Below, one piece after another: positions 7,772-17,915 of a stretch of DNA of 64,000 nucleotides. The position numbers were made by a program, and so were the translations under genes. The DNA is from a virus: positions 1-64,000 of IMG/VR virus record IMGVR_UViG_3300035696_000024. One strand, 5' to 3'. A model generated the notes under the pieces. It did not search any database, was not told where the DNA came from, and was given only the letters and a program-made list of their open reading frames with translations. Numbering within the stretch: the stretch's first letter is position 1; each line of letters begins with the position of its first letter.

Positions 7772-10294
7772 ATGGCAGCTACAGCAAATCAACCATTTAA
7801 AGAGCAACTAGAAACTTTAGAGAAAACATCAAAACTCTATAGTAATGTGGTTGAATTCATGGATGATATCTTAAAACGTACCAAGGAACAAAGGCAGTTA
7901 CAACGTGATTTGGTTAAGGAACAGTTGGATGAACTAAAAATTTTGAATGAAACTGGTGCGATAAATGATGAATTATACGATAAGAAAAAGAATCTTCTTG
8001 AAGCAGAGTTAGCCATTCTTGAAGCGTCAACAGATGTGGTAACAACGGACCAGAACTTAATAAAAATCTTCGCAAAAAGATTAAAGATGTATGAAGCTTT
8101 TATTGAGGAACAGAAAAAAAGCATAACTTTGGAAACTGCTTTGCGAAAAGCAGGATTGGGATGGTTGTATGATACGGTCAAGTTGGTAGGGGAATATGGA
8201 TACAAAAACGCGGTTATTTTGACAACAATAGCTGGAATGGCACTGTTGGTGAGGGAGTTATTTCGAGATTTTAGAGCAATAGATGGTGCCGCAGCAGAAT
8301 TCAGAAAAACAATAGGAATAACAAGGGATGATTCTGCACAGTTGGAAGAAATAGCAAGAAACATAACGTTTCAATTTGCCAACATGGGAGTAACGGCAGC
8401 AGATGTTTATAAATCCATGTTGGCTGTAACAGCGGCAATAGGAAGCTCTCAGGCTCTCACTCAAGACATGGTAGCGGACATGACATTGTTATCAGTGCAA
8501 CTTGGGGTTGCTGAATCAACATCGGCTGAATTTTTGAGGGTTATGGGTCAATTGGGACAATCCACGATGGATGCTCAAAAGAATACAGCTTTATTTACTG
8601 CTAAATTATCTGCAGCTGCTGGTACAAATTTAAATGAAGTAATGAATGACATTGCTTCTGCTTCAAAATCCAGTTATCAATTTCTCACAAAAGACCCGTT
8701 GGTTCTTTCTAAAGCTGCCGTAGAGGCAAAGAGAATGGGAACAAGTTTGGAGTCTGCAACCAAAACTTCGTCTTCATTATTGAATTTTACTCAAAGTGTA
8801 AAAGATGAAATGGAGGCTAGTGTATTAGTTGGAAAATCCATAAATCTCCAGAAGGCTCGTGAGTTAGCATACCACAGGGACATAAGGGGACTAAACAAAG
8901 AAATTTTAAGTATTGCCAAACAAACCAATTTTGAAAATCTTGACCCATTTCAACAGGATGCGGTAGCTAGAGCACTTGGAAAATCTGCTGACGAATTGGC
9001 AAAGATGTTACAGGCAGACAGGGAAATGGACAAAATAAGACATAGCACGGACCCATCAATACAAAAACAAGTGGAATCTTATGACAGATTGGTTAATGCT
9101 AACAAACAATTGGCGGATGATGAAGCAAAGAATTATAGTTTGAAATTAGCTGAATTAGCAAATGCAGAAGCGTTAAAAACAATAACATTAGCTATGCATG
9201 GAATTCTGCAAAGATTACTTCAAGGCCCAATAACGCTGATAGCTAAAGGATTGACAGGAATTGCTAAAGTATTAAATTGGATAAATGACCTTATGAAAAA
9301 GTGGCTGCCTTTGGGCGCCGCAGCCTTGTCATGGGTTGACGACCTTCTTGTTGCAGTGTTAGCCATTGGTGGTGCGTTTGTATTTGGGAAAATATTTAAG
9401 ATTTTTGGTGTCGGTGGCAAGGTTCAAAATTTATTCGGCGGATTGGGTAAAGGCATAGGCGATTTTGCTAAGAATCTCATGTCCAAACTAAAAAATGTAG
9501 GGTCATTCATGGAATCAATAAGCATGTCCATTAAAAAGAGCATTTTGAACATATCGAGAGGAATTGGTTCAGGAATAAAGGTTATATTTAAAAGAATTGC
9601 TGAAGGGTTGGAATATTTATCCAAACCTAAACTTTTGATGGGTGCTCTCGTATTGGCTGCTTTGGGAGCTAGTTTGATTCCATTTGCATATGGAATGAAA
9701 TTGTTGACAGGTATCAGTTGGAAAACTTTTGGTATTGCTGCCGCATCTCTTGGTTTGTTAGTTGTTGCTGCTGCTGCACTTGGCGCACTTATGATGAGTG
9801 GTGTTGGAGCTGGGGCCTTGCTACTTGGAGCAGCAGCCATTGCAATTTTGGGTGCGTCTTTGATACCAGCAGCATATGCAATGAAAATTGCTGGTGAAGG
9901 ATTTAAATCATTGGGTGATGGATTGAAAGAAACGGTGGATTCTCTCGTAGAATTACAACAATTAAGTTTTCTTGGAACAATCAAGGAAATATTCATGTTG
10001 ACGGCTTCGATTACGGCTCTATCCAAAGCTATTTCAACGATGCCCAAAGTTGATATAACACCACTCAGTAAATATGCAAATGTAGCGGTTGATATAAACA
10101 AACCTGTTGGAAAGAAAGAGCAACAAAAAACAGCTGCAACCAACGATGACATTGTTTCAGCAATAAACAAAGGATTTGATGATTTAAGAAAAGATTTTAA
10201 AAGTGGTACACTAACCGCTAATGTTTATATTGACAGTCAAAAGTTGGATGCGCTCATGGGTAGGAGATTAGCCTATACAGGTCAACTGACATAA
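7772..10294 (+). CDS. tape measure protein
   Basis: 840 aa, Ala/Leu-rich helical protein with hydrophobic segments, lying between the chaperone and baseplate genes. Confidence 0.85.
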   Translation: MAATANQPFKEQLETLEKTSKLYSNVVEFMDDILKRTKEQRQLQRDLVKEQLDELKILNETGAINDELYDKKKNLLEAELAILEASTDVVTTDQNLIKIFAKRLKMYEAFIEEQKKSITLETALRKAGLGWLYDTVKLVGEYGYKNAVILTTIAGMALLVRELFRDFRAIDGAAAEFRKTIGITRDDSAQLEEIARNITFQFANMGVTAADVYKSMLAVTAAIGSSQALTQDMVADMTLLSVQLGVAESTSAEFLRVMGQLGQSTMDAQKNTALFTAKLSAAAGTNLNEVMNDIASASKSSYQFLTKDPLVLSKAAVEAKRMGTSLESATKTSSSLLNFTQSVKDEMEASVLVGKSINLQKARELAYHRDIRGLNKEILSIAKQTNFENLDPFQQDAVARALGKSADELAKMLQADREMDKIRHSTDPSIQKQVESYDRLVNANKQLADDEAKNYSLKLAELANAEALKTITLAMHGILQRLLQGPITLIAKGLTGIAKVLNWINDLMKKWLPLGAAALSWVDDLLVAVLAIGGAFVFGKIFKIFGVGGKVQNLFGGLGKGIGDFAKNLMSKLKNVGSFMESISMSIKKSILNISRGIGSGIKVIFKRIAEGLEYLSKPKLLMGALVLAALGASLIPFAYGMKLLTGISWKTFGIAAASLGLLVVAAAALGALMMSGVGAGALLLGAAAIAILGASLIPAAYAMKIAGEGFKSLGDGLKETVDSLVELQQLSFLGTIKEIFMLTASITALSKAISTMPKVDITPLSKYANVAVDINKPVGKKEQQKTAATNDDIVSAINKGFDDLRKDFKSGTLTANVYIDSQKLDALMGRRLAYTGQLT

Positions 10295-10309
10295 CATACT
10301 TATTAATAT

Positions 10310-12703
10310 ATGCCTATAGGAACACAATCAGTTATTAGACTTTCGGATTTTCCGCCAACATTACCAAATGTGCCGCCAAATTATCCATCGGGTCCAGCTC
10401 CCGGTAAATTGGAATTGATTTTAAATGCTAACAGCACTTATTTGTATCACGAATTCAGTCCTTATACAAATTATCAAGATAGTGTATTAGCTAGTATTCT
10501 TTCCAATAGACAACCGTTTCTTTACACATACATTGACCAATATCAAAATGGTTTATTTAATAAATTACCTCAATCTGTTCAATCGCTTGGTTCTATTGTA
10601 GGAATAACCCCTGATACAGTCAATGATGTTATTCGGGTTTCCAATTTTATTATATCAACATGGGGTGTTCAATTTTTAGTAACACAAGCAGCTATTCAAA
10701 GAATGGCTCCATTTGACGAAACAAGAGTTTACAATCCACTGTCTCCTGTTCTTGCTACAATATATCCATTGACATTGGGATTGGGGGAAAGACCTGTCAG
10801 ACATATTGAAGGCGGTTTACTTGGACTTGCCAATTCGGTTACATCAATAGTTGGTATTAATTTGGAGAGTGGATTTCAAACGCCTGCGAGCACGGTAGGC
10901 AATGCTGCTCTACCTACAACTAATACAGGTCAAGGCAAGGGATTAATTCGTGGATCTGATGCAGCAAAAGGTGCAGCATCATTCCAATCAAAATGGCAAC
11001 CGGCAAAATCAACAAACGGGTCGGTATTAAGTTCAGCACTAAATAATTTTGCTTCATCAGTCAAAGATTCGTTTTCTTCATTTTTTGGTAGTGCGCCAAA
11101 AGCAAAAGGTATGTTTCGGTCAGATGAAGAAGGATATAAAATCATGTCGTTGGGTTTTGCAAATTTATATCAACCTTGGTTTGCATCGGCCACAGACCAA
11201 ACAGATAAAATTGATACTTATGGTATGCCTCCGACGCCTAATAAATCCACATTTGGAATTGTTGGCTCTCCACTTGGTACTGGCAATGCACAGACTGTAT
11301 TTATAAAACAAAAACTTATATCTCTTCCTGATAGATTTGTTTATATTCCAACTACGGATGGAATTGCTGGATATGTTATTGGTACCAAAACAACAGGTTA
11401 CGGTGCTGGTGATAAATATACGGACTCCATAGGCAGGCAACCTCAAAGTAATGTGGACGGATTGACTAATTCTGATGTAACATTACAGTATAGTTATTAC
11501 GTACAGGAATCTAATAATTATCCCACCAAACTCTCAGACCCACAATCGTCCGGTGTGGCAGAAATTGAAAAACAGTTACAGAGTGTTATTAATGATATAA
11601 ATGCAGCGCCTACATATAAAATATTTACAAATAATTGGTCTTATTTGTTGCCTTATGGAAGTGATGCTAGATATGTTGGATATGATAATTGGACAAGCCG
11701 AAAAGCGGCAACAGATATTGGAAAAGTTATAACCGGAAAAATAGGTGCCGGAGAAGAATATAACGCTATGGCGTCAGGGCCCACAAGTGATGATACCACT
11801 ATACCAAAAACAATTGATGTATATGGTTCAAAGACAAATAATTTAAGAATGGCTGCAACATTTATGTCTGATGGTATCAATATGCTGGATGTACTGAATT
11901 CGCTTCGTGATACACCCAATAACGATTCATTCAATGCTTCTTACCCTAATTGGGTTGAATGGAAACCATATGATGATGATTTGATTGCATTCTTTTTTTA
12001 TGATGTGGTTAATGACAAATATATTCCATTCCGAGCTACAGTAAAGGCTATTTCTGAAGGTAATACCGCATTTTGGGACGAATTAAGATTTATAGGAAGA
12101 GCAGACCAGCTATACTCATATAATGGATTTAGTAGAACTCTGTCTTTTACGTTTAATGTGGTCATAAATAGTGTCAATGAATTATTACCATCATGGAAGA
12201 AAATAAATTACATAGCAAGTGCTGTTAAACCATCAAATTATACAACCGGTCAAAATGTGTCAGGTCTGTATTACAACCGATTTATTGTTCCACCGATGTT
12301 CATGTTGACCATAGGTGATTTGTATAAGTTTCAACCTATTGTTATCACGTCATTGAATGTAAATATTCCTGATGATGCTGCTTGGGAAACATTAAATGAA
12401 AATAATTCACAGCTTGGATGGAGTTATTTAAATGGATTAGTTACTGCTCCAAATTTAGGTAAAAATTATGGACAATTACCCAGAGAAGTTGAAATTGCTG
12501 TAACTTGCAATGTGCTTGAAAAAGAACGTGCCATTGTTGGTGGTTCTCATTTTGGTCATGAACCAAGGGTTGATAATTGGGAAAATTTGGATGTTGACAG
12601 CAGATTTATGACCGGAAGTGCAAACATTCCCTATTTGCCTAAACCTACGACATTGCATGAGGAATTTGTAGAATGGAATGACCCCGGTTCACCTGATAAT
12701 TAA
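10310..12703 (+). CDS. baseplate/tail-tube initiator protein (tube-like C-terminal domain)
   Basis: 797 aa. The C-terminal FRATVKAISE..W..FIGRAD..YSYNGFSRTLSFTF and PPMFMLTIGDLY are typical of contractile-tail tube-initiator domains. Confidence 0.7.
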   Translation: MPIGTQSVIRLSDFPPTLPNVPPNYPSGPAPGKLELILNANSTYLYHEFSPYTNYQDSVLASILSNRQPFLYTYIDQYQNGLFNKLPQSVQSLGSIVGITPDTVNDVIRVSNFIISTWGVQFLVTQAAIQRMAPFDETRVYNPLSPVLATIYPLTLGLGERPVRHIEGGLLGLANSVTSIVGINLESGFQTPASTVGNAALPTTNTGQGKGLIRGSDAAKGAASFQSKWQPAKSTNGSVLSSALNNFASSVKDSFSSFFGSAPKAKGMFRSDEEGYKIMSLGFANLYQPWFASATDQTDKIDTYGMPPTPNKSTFGIVGSPLGTGNAQTVFIKQKLISLPDRFVYIPTTDGIAGYVIGTKTTGYGAGDKYTDSIGRQPQSNVDGLTNSDVTLQYSYYVQESNNYPTKLSDPQSSGVAEIEKQLQSVINDINAAPTYKIFTNNWSYLLPYGSDARYVGYDNWTSRKAATDIGKVITGKIGAGEEYNAMASGPTSDDTTIPKTIDVYGSKTNNLRMAATFMSDGINMLDVLNSLRDTPNNDSFNASYPNWVEWKPYDDDLIAFFFYDVVNDKYIPFRATVKAISEGNTAFWDELRFIGRADQLYSYNGFSRTLSFTFNVVINSVNELLPSWKKINYIASAVKPSNYTTGQNVSGLYYNRFIVPPMFMLTIGDLYKFQPIVITSLNVNIPDDAAWETLNENNSQLGWSYLNGLVTAPNLGKNYGQLPREVEIAVTCNVLEKERAIVGGSHFGHEPRVDNWENLDVDSRFMTGSANIPYLPKPTTLHEEFVEWNDPGSPDN

Positions 12704-12708
12704 TATTT

Positions 12709-13008
12709 ATGAGAAGATACGATTCGACACCGACAATAACACGATGGGATGGTAAGAGAGCTTACGTTACAACCCAATATCCCATCATAGGACCTCAAGA
12801 TAGTGATGCTATTGTTATATCTAATGAATCTGATTATTTAGACAGTCTTGCTTACACCTATTACAACGATCCTACATTATGGTGGGTCATAGCATTGGTC
12901 AACAATCTTGGTAAAGGAAGATTGAGTGTCCCGCCGGGAATACAACTTAGGATACCGACCAACATAAATAATATTTTGGTTCAATTTAACACTCTGAATT
13001 CACAATAA
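12709..13008 (+). CDS. LysM-like baseplate wedge protein (gp53-like)
   Basis: DYLDSLAYTYYNDPTLWWVIALVNNL...PGIQLRIP signature. Confidence 0.85.
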   Translation: MRRYDSTPTITRWDGKRAYVTTQYPIIGPQDSDAIVISNESDYLDSLAYTYYNDPTLWWVIALVNNLGKGRLSVPPGIQLRIPTNINNILVQFNTLNSQ

Positions 13009-13011
13009 GTT

Positions 13012-13755
13012 ATGCAAGAAAATGTGTGGAAAAAGAATTGCCCCAAATGTGGGAGGGAACAGTCATATTGTTCTAAAAGAGTATTAGGAATATCTATATT
13101 GAAAAATACACAATGTAATAAGTGTCGTGGAATAAAAAATAGAAAACATAATGGTATATTTCAAAGAATTTGTAAATGTGGTAGGATTCTAAAATATACA
13201 TGCAGACAAAGTTTAAATTTAGCAAAAAAACACAATTCGATATGTAGAAAATGTGCTGCAACAAAGAGTGTAAAATATAGAGATAATTCATTTACTAAAT
13301 CAAATGAATATAGGGAAAAAATGAGTAAAAGTTTACAATTAGCCAGAAAATGCTCCACAAGATATAGTTCAGAAGAGTGTAGGGAAAAATTAAGGATTGC
13401 AAAATTAAATCAAATTAGAAAATTGGGAACACAACACACATACAATCCAAATGCATGTCAATTTATAGATGAATACGGAAGAAAAAATGGTTATAATTTT
13501 AGACACGCAATGAATGGTGGAGAAAAAATTATAGCAGGTTACTCTTTGGATGGTTATGACGAAAATAAAAATGTGGTATTTGAATATGATGAACCAAAAC
13601 ATAATGCACCCAGTGTTAAAAAGAATGATAAATTAAGAGAACAACGAATTATTAAAAAGATTAAACCAAATATGTTTATTAGATATAATGAAGAGTTTAA
13701 TAAACTTTATGATGTGATTTCAAGAAAGGAGTTAATGCCGTGCCTGCGCCAATAA
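13012..13755 (+). mobile_element. free-standing putative homing endonuclease (Zn-ribbon N-terminus, PD-(D/E)xK/Vsr-like C-terminus)
   Basis: 244+ aa, Lys/Cys-rich (CPKC, CNKC, CKC, CRKC) with LDGYDENKNVVFEYDEPKH. Very AT-rich, interrupts the baseplate operon, and is a paralog of 41841..42569. Confidence 0.65.
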
Positions 13756-16487
13756 TCCCGTGGCAGCCGTCCAACGTGCCTTCCGAAATTCAAGCTGAAT
13801 TAAATAGAAGAAAAGTCAATCGTTCCTTCAAATATATTCAAAATGCACAAGCAAGTTGGGATGTGAATGGAGATTGGTCTAGTTATAGAGGCCCAATGGT
13901 TTCTTGGATTCGGGTGTGCTCAAATGGTGCTGGTCATCCTCCTGTAACGGGTTCTTATGGAGGCAGTCCAGAACGATTTGTCTTTTATAGTGGTAAAGGA
14001 TTTTATCAAAGTTATGGATTTCAATCACCATCAAGTGCAGGTGGTACAACACAACAAGTTATTGGATATACTCCGGGGGTGTCAAAGAAAGGCGTTCAAC
14101 AAAAAAATGGGGCGCCTCAACCACACATTATTGAAAATTCTTTAATACAACCATCAGACGAACCAGTAAATTATCCTATTCATGTTCCGCCACCAGAAAT
14201 TTCAAGAATGGAAATCACAATTCAAAAGGAACTTTACAGACGTGCTCAAATTGAATGGGTTTGTTTTTCTTGGAAACAATTAGTATATATGACCCCATAT
14301 TTTCTCGTACCGGGTATAACTTGCATGGTAGAATGGGGATGGAACCATTATAATCCTAAATCATTGGTTGAAATTGGTGATACATCGTTAATGCGAAAAT
14401 TATGGGACAATGCTTATCCACTTTACACAGACAATATAATAGATTCAAATGGTAATTACGATGTGGTATATGGTATTATTACAAATTTTAATTGGAGTAT
14501 TGAAGGCAATAAAATAATTTGCACAACAGAAATAACTTCCAAAGACAGATTGTATTCTGGTATAGCGAAAGATAACGGCTTGTCGGTTCAAAGTTCCACC
14601 GATACAACTAAAAATGGGCTATTTCAATCACTAAAAGATTTCATAGATAACAAGGATACAATGAAAAATTTAAGAGATATGGTGACAGTATCTCCGGTTG
14701 TGAGTACGTCTCTTTTGTCAAAAGATGTCAAAGACCCCAATAATGGTATGTGGTATGATATTCTTAATCCGTTGTTACAATCGCCATCACTGACTCAGAA
14801 TGGAACGACAGTAACTCAACAAATACAACAGGCACAAAGAGCTATCAGGTCGTCGTATGTATTTGGTCTTTTTTCAGGCAGACCATCGGATGCATATGAT
14901 ACAGGTGAAAAATTTGGAACTCCTAAAACCAGTGACTTTGATTACGGGCCTAAATCCACACCCGATGCTAATAAATTATGGATTAATATGGGAATGGTTG
15001 TAGCCATTTTGAATTATTTTTCCGCTTTGGATAGTGGTGGTAAAAATGGTGAAAATATGTTTGAAGTGGACATTCAAAATTGTGTAATAGGTGGTCATAT
15101 TAATTTGATTTCCTGTGACCCGAGGGTATTGATTCCAAATTATAAATCACCGAAATTTTTATACGGACTTGTTGGTTTGAAAAACAATACCGTAGGAACA
15201 TCACCAGACCCTAAATATCCTTATTCATATCAAGTGGTAGTTCCCCTTCCTGCAAAAGCTATTCAAGATAAAAGATTAAAAGATGTGATGCTTCAGCCCG
15301 GTAATGCGTGTTATCGTGATAATTTGGATTCCATTATCAATTATAACAGATATAGATGGGCCAAAGTTGCAAATGATACATTTCAAAAATCGCCATTAAA
15401 CAACTACAGTTTTCCTGCACATGGTCTTGATAAAGCGGTATTACCAGTCAGTCCAAGAGGGCTTGCGGGTAATCAATTGGAAACAGATGTTTCAGGATTG
15501 CTTTCAAATATTTACATTTCTTTCGGATTGTTAAAAGAAGCAGTGGATGATGAAACTAATGTTTCCTATACGGACATATACAAGCACATTTTACAAGTTT
15601 TAATGAGTGCTTCAGATGGTTTTTGGGATTTAGCTTTGACGGAAGTGGATGGTATTTTCACCATATCAGACAAGAAATTTATAGGAAAATATGCTTTAAA
15701 TGAAGGACAGGGTGACATAGTATATTCTTTTGATTATTATGATGCAGATAGTATTATTAAGGGTTTAAAATTCAGACCTGTGTTATCTGATGCACAAGCT
15801 ACAAGAGTCATATACGGGGAAGTAAACAATGCGAATTCAAAGTATAAATACTTGGATAAAAATGATGTACTAGATTACAAATTTAGAGACGCAGTAATAG
15901 GAACACCAGAAAGTAAAGTGCAAGGGGACGCACAAGGAGATTTGGATAAAAGACAAACTGCTCAAGGACAACAAATGGATCTGTTAAGTAATGTTCAATG
16001 TATTAATTCTCAAAATGATGATGGAACTTTGCAAATGTCATTGAATCCATACAGACAGGGAAACAAACCATATACATTGGATAAGAGTGGTAAAGTGGTT
16101 GTTGCACCGACTGATATGCCTGAGGTTGTCAAGTTGGTGATGCCATATCCTCAACTTCTTCGCTTGTTGATAAATGATGGCGATGTTGACAACAACCCAA
16201 GATATTGTGCTGTTCAACCGGGTATTATTCTTGAATTGACTTTGCAAGGTATAGGCGGTTTGAGAACATTCCAATATTTTACTGTAAGAAATCTTCCAGA
16301 ACCTTATAGTGACAGAAATATAATTTTTCGTATTACAGACGTGATTCAAACTCTTGAAGCTGGTAATTGGGAAACCACCATTCGTGCGCAACCGTTGCCG
16401 CTTCGTGGTTACATTAAAAGCAGGCTCAAAGGACCATACACGGGCGTTGCAGGCACAACAAATGGATGGCTTCCAGATACGCCGTAA
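13740..16487 (+). CDS. large baseplate hub protein (gp27/late-control-D-like)
   Basis: 915 aa with PYFLVPGITCMVEWGW and a C-terminal LELTLQGIGGL..FQYF...FRITDVIQTLEAGNWETTIRA. Follows the LysM wedge gene. Confidence 0.65.
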   Translation: MPAPIIPWQPSNVPSEIQAELNRRKVNRSFKYIQNAQASWDVNGDWSSYRGPMVSWIRVCSNGAGHPPVTGSYGGSPERFVFYSGKGFYQSYGFQSPSSAGGTTQQVIGYTPGVSKKGVQQKNGAPQPHIIENSLIQPSDEPVNYPIHVPPPEISRMEITIQKELYRRAQIEWVCFSWKQLVYMTPYFLVPGITCMVEWGWNHYNPKSLVEIGDTSLMRKLWDNAYPLYTDNIIDSNGNYDVVYGIITNFNWSIEGNKIICTTEITSKDRLYSGIAKDNGLSVQSSTDTTKNGLFQSLKDFIDNKDTMKNLRDMVTVSPVVSTSLLSKDVKDPNNGMWYDILNPLLQSPSLTQNGTTVTQQIQQAQRAIRSSYVFGLFSGRPSDAYDTGEKFGTPKTSDFDYGPKSTPDANKLWINMGMVVAILNYFSALDSGGKNGENMFEVDIQNCVIGGHINLISCDPRVLIPNYKSPKFLYGLVGLKNNTVGTSPDPKYPYSYQVVVPLPAKAIQDKRLKDVMLQPGNACYRDNLDSIINYNRYRWAKVANDTFQKSPLNNYSFPAHGLDKAVLPVSPRGLAGNQLETDVSGLLSNIYISFGLLKEAVDDETNVSYTDIYKHILQVLMSASDGFWDLALTEVDGIFTISDKKFIGKYALNEGQGDIVYSFDYYDADSIIKGLKFRPVLSDAQATRVIYGEVNNANSKYKYLDKNDVLDYKFRDAVIGTPESKVQGDAQGDLDKRQTAQGQQMDLLSNVQCINSQNDDGTLQMSLNPYRQGNKPYTLDKSGKVVVAPTDMPEVVKLVMPYPQLLRLLINDGDVDNNPRYCAVQPGIILELTLQGIGGLRTFQYFTVRNLPEPYSDRNIIFRITDVIQTLEAGNWETTIRAQPLPLRGYIKSRLKGPYTGVAGTTNGWLPDTP

Positions 16488-16501
16488 AAAAATTAAACGG
16501 A

Positions 16502-16530
16502 TTGACATTCCTATGTTGAACTCTTATCAT
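16502..16530 (+). promoter_or_regulatory. sigma70-type early promoter, probably leaderless
   Basis: TTGACA-17nt-TATCAT ending 7 nt before the ATG at 16538. Confidence 0.7.
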
Positions 16531-16537
16531 ATTCAAC

Positions 16538-17875
16538 ATGATTGGTAATTATAAAGACTTAATAAAAAAATTGCATCATGTACCTGTTGTTTTATGGGCG
16601 ATTCCATCCGATGAATTTCTTCATCCATGTGTCACAGATATTTCTGCTGTTTTTATAAAAGAATTGGTAAATGGTGACACCTATTGCATATCTTTTAATC
16701 ATCCTGATTTATTACCTATCGTAGATAAAAAAACCTTCATTGACGACATAAATGATTTTCGTGATAGAAAATGGGTGTTTGATAAAAAATCTTTCCTTCA
16801 GCTTTTACCTGTTAAAAAATTATTGGATTTTGATTTGTGGATGCATCTTGAAAAAGGACACACATTGGATAAATTGAGTTTGGAAACTACAGCACACAAA
16901 TTTGTTTACAGAACGAAAAAGGAATGTGGTGATTTAAACAAGGTTGTTCCATTGTTAAAACATAAGGAAATATTTGAAAAAATATGTAGTGTTGTTTTTG
17001 AAACGGAGAAAAATATATTGGATGAAGGTTATGAGAAGGAAAACGAAATTGTAATAGAAACTTTGGCAGACTTGGAATCAAATGGAATTTATGTCAATGC
17101 AGATTGTTTTTCAAAACATTTCAATGCAAAAATAAATCCTAATGGACTGGTGTATAGTAAATACAATGTCTATACCAGCACAGGTAGGCCCAGTAATCAT
17201 TTTGATGGTGTTAATTATGCTGCTTTGAATAAAGATGATGGGTCAAGGTCGTGTTTTGTTTCCCGTTATGGAAAAGATGGAATGATGGTATTGGTTGATT
17301 ATTCCGCTTTTCATCCAAGAATTATTTGCCGTATCACACACTTTCCGATGGATATCAATGAGGATATTTACAAATATTTGGGAGAAATGTATTTCCAGAG
17401 AAAAGTTACCGAATATGACATGGACGAAATCAAGAGCATAACAATGCGACAGTTATATGGCGGTGTGGAAGAAAAATATGAGAACATCAAATATTTTGGA
17501 AATTTGAAAGAATTTATAAACATGCATTGGGAAGAATTCAAGAGAAATGGATTCACACGAACGCCATTGTTTAGAAGGATAATCACCAATAAACATTTGA
17601 AAGATGCCAATCCTGCCAAATTGTTTAACTACATTCTTCAAGCCACTGAAACAGAAATAGCTTTGTCAGCGGTTAAAGTGGTCAATGACTATCTTAAAGA
17701 TAAAAAAACAAAAGCGGTGCTATACACGTATGATTCTTTGTTATTTGATTTTTACAAAGCTGATGGACAGAAAGTTCTTAATGACATTATGGAAATAATG
17801 ACTATGTGTAAGAGGTTTCCTATTAAGGTGTATAACGGTGAATCTTATAACTCAATGGTTCAAATCTATCCTTAA
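16538..17875 (+). CDS. compact divergent family A DNA polymerase
   Basis: 445 aa with TSTGRPS, motif A VDYSAFHPR, motif B KSITMRQLYG, NYILQATE and motif C YTYDSLLFD. Confidence 0.85.
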   Translation: MIGNYKDLIKKLHHVPVVLWAIPSDEFLHPCVTDISAVFIKELVNGDTYCISFNHPDLLPIVDKKTFIDDINDFRDRKWVFDKKSFLQLLPVKKLLDFDLWMHLEKGHTLDKLSLETTAHKFVYRTKKECGDLNKVVPLLKHKEIFEKICSVVFETEKNILDEGYEKENEIVIETLADLESNGIYVNADCFSKHFNAKINPNGLVYSKYNVYTSTGRPSNHFDGVNYAALNKDDGSRSCFVSRYGKDGMMVLVDYSAFHPRIICRITHFPMDINEDIYKYLGEMYFQRKVTEYDMDEIKSITMRQLYGGVEEKYENIKYFGNLKEFINMHWEEFKRNGFTRTPLFRRIITNKHLKDANPAKLFNYILQATETEIALSAVKVVNDYLKDKKTKAVLYTYDSLLFDFYKADGQKVLNDIMEIMTMCKRFPIKVYNGESYNSMVQIYP

Positions 17876-17915
17876 TTTTTGGGTTTTTTGATAATATTTA
17901 TATTTACACGACTGT

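Noticed and set aside
9424-10170. 248-aa and 175-aa (7837..8364) minus-strand ORFs
   Set aside because: They are antisense shadows of the Ala-rich tape measure gene with no recognisable motifs. The same applies to the other short ORFs nested in or antisense to long genes.
13012-13755. Group I intron around the endonuclease genes
   Set aside because: Flanking genes are intact and there is no non-coding space for intron core elements, so the genes appear free-standing.
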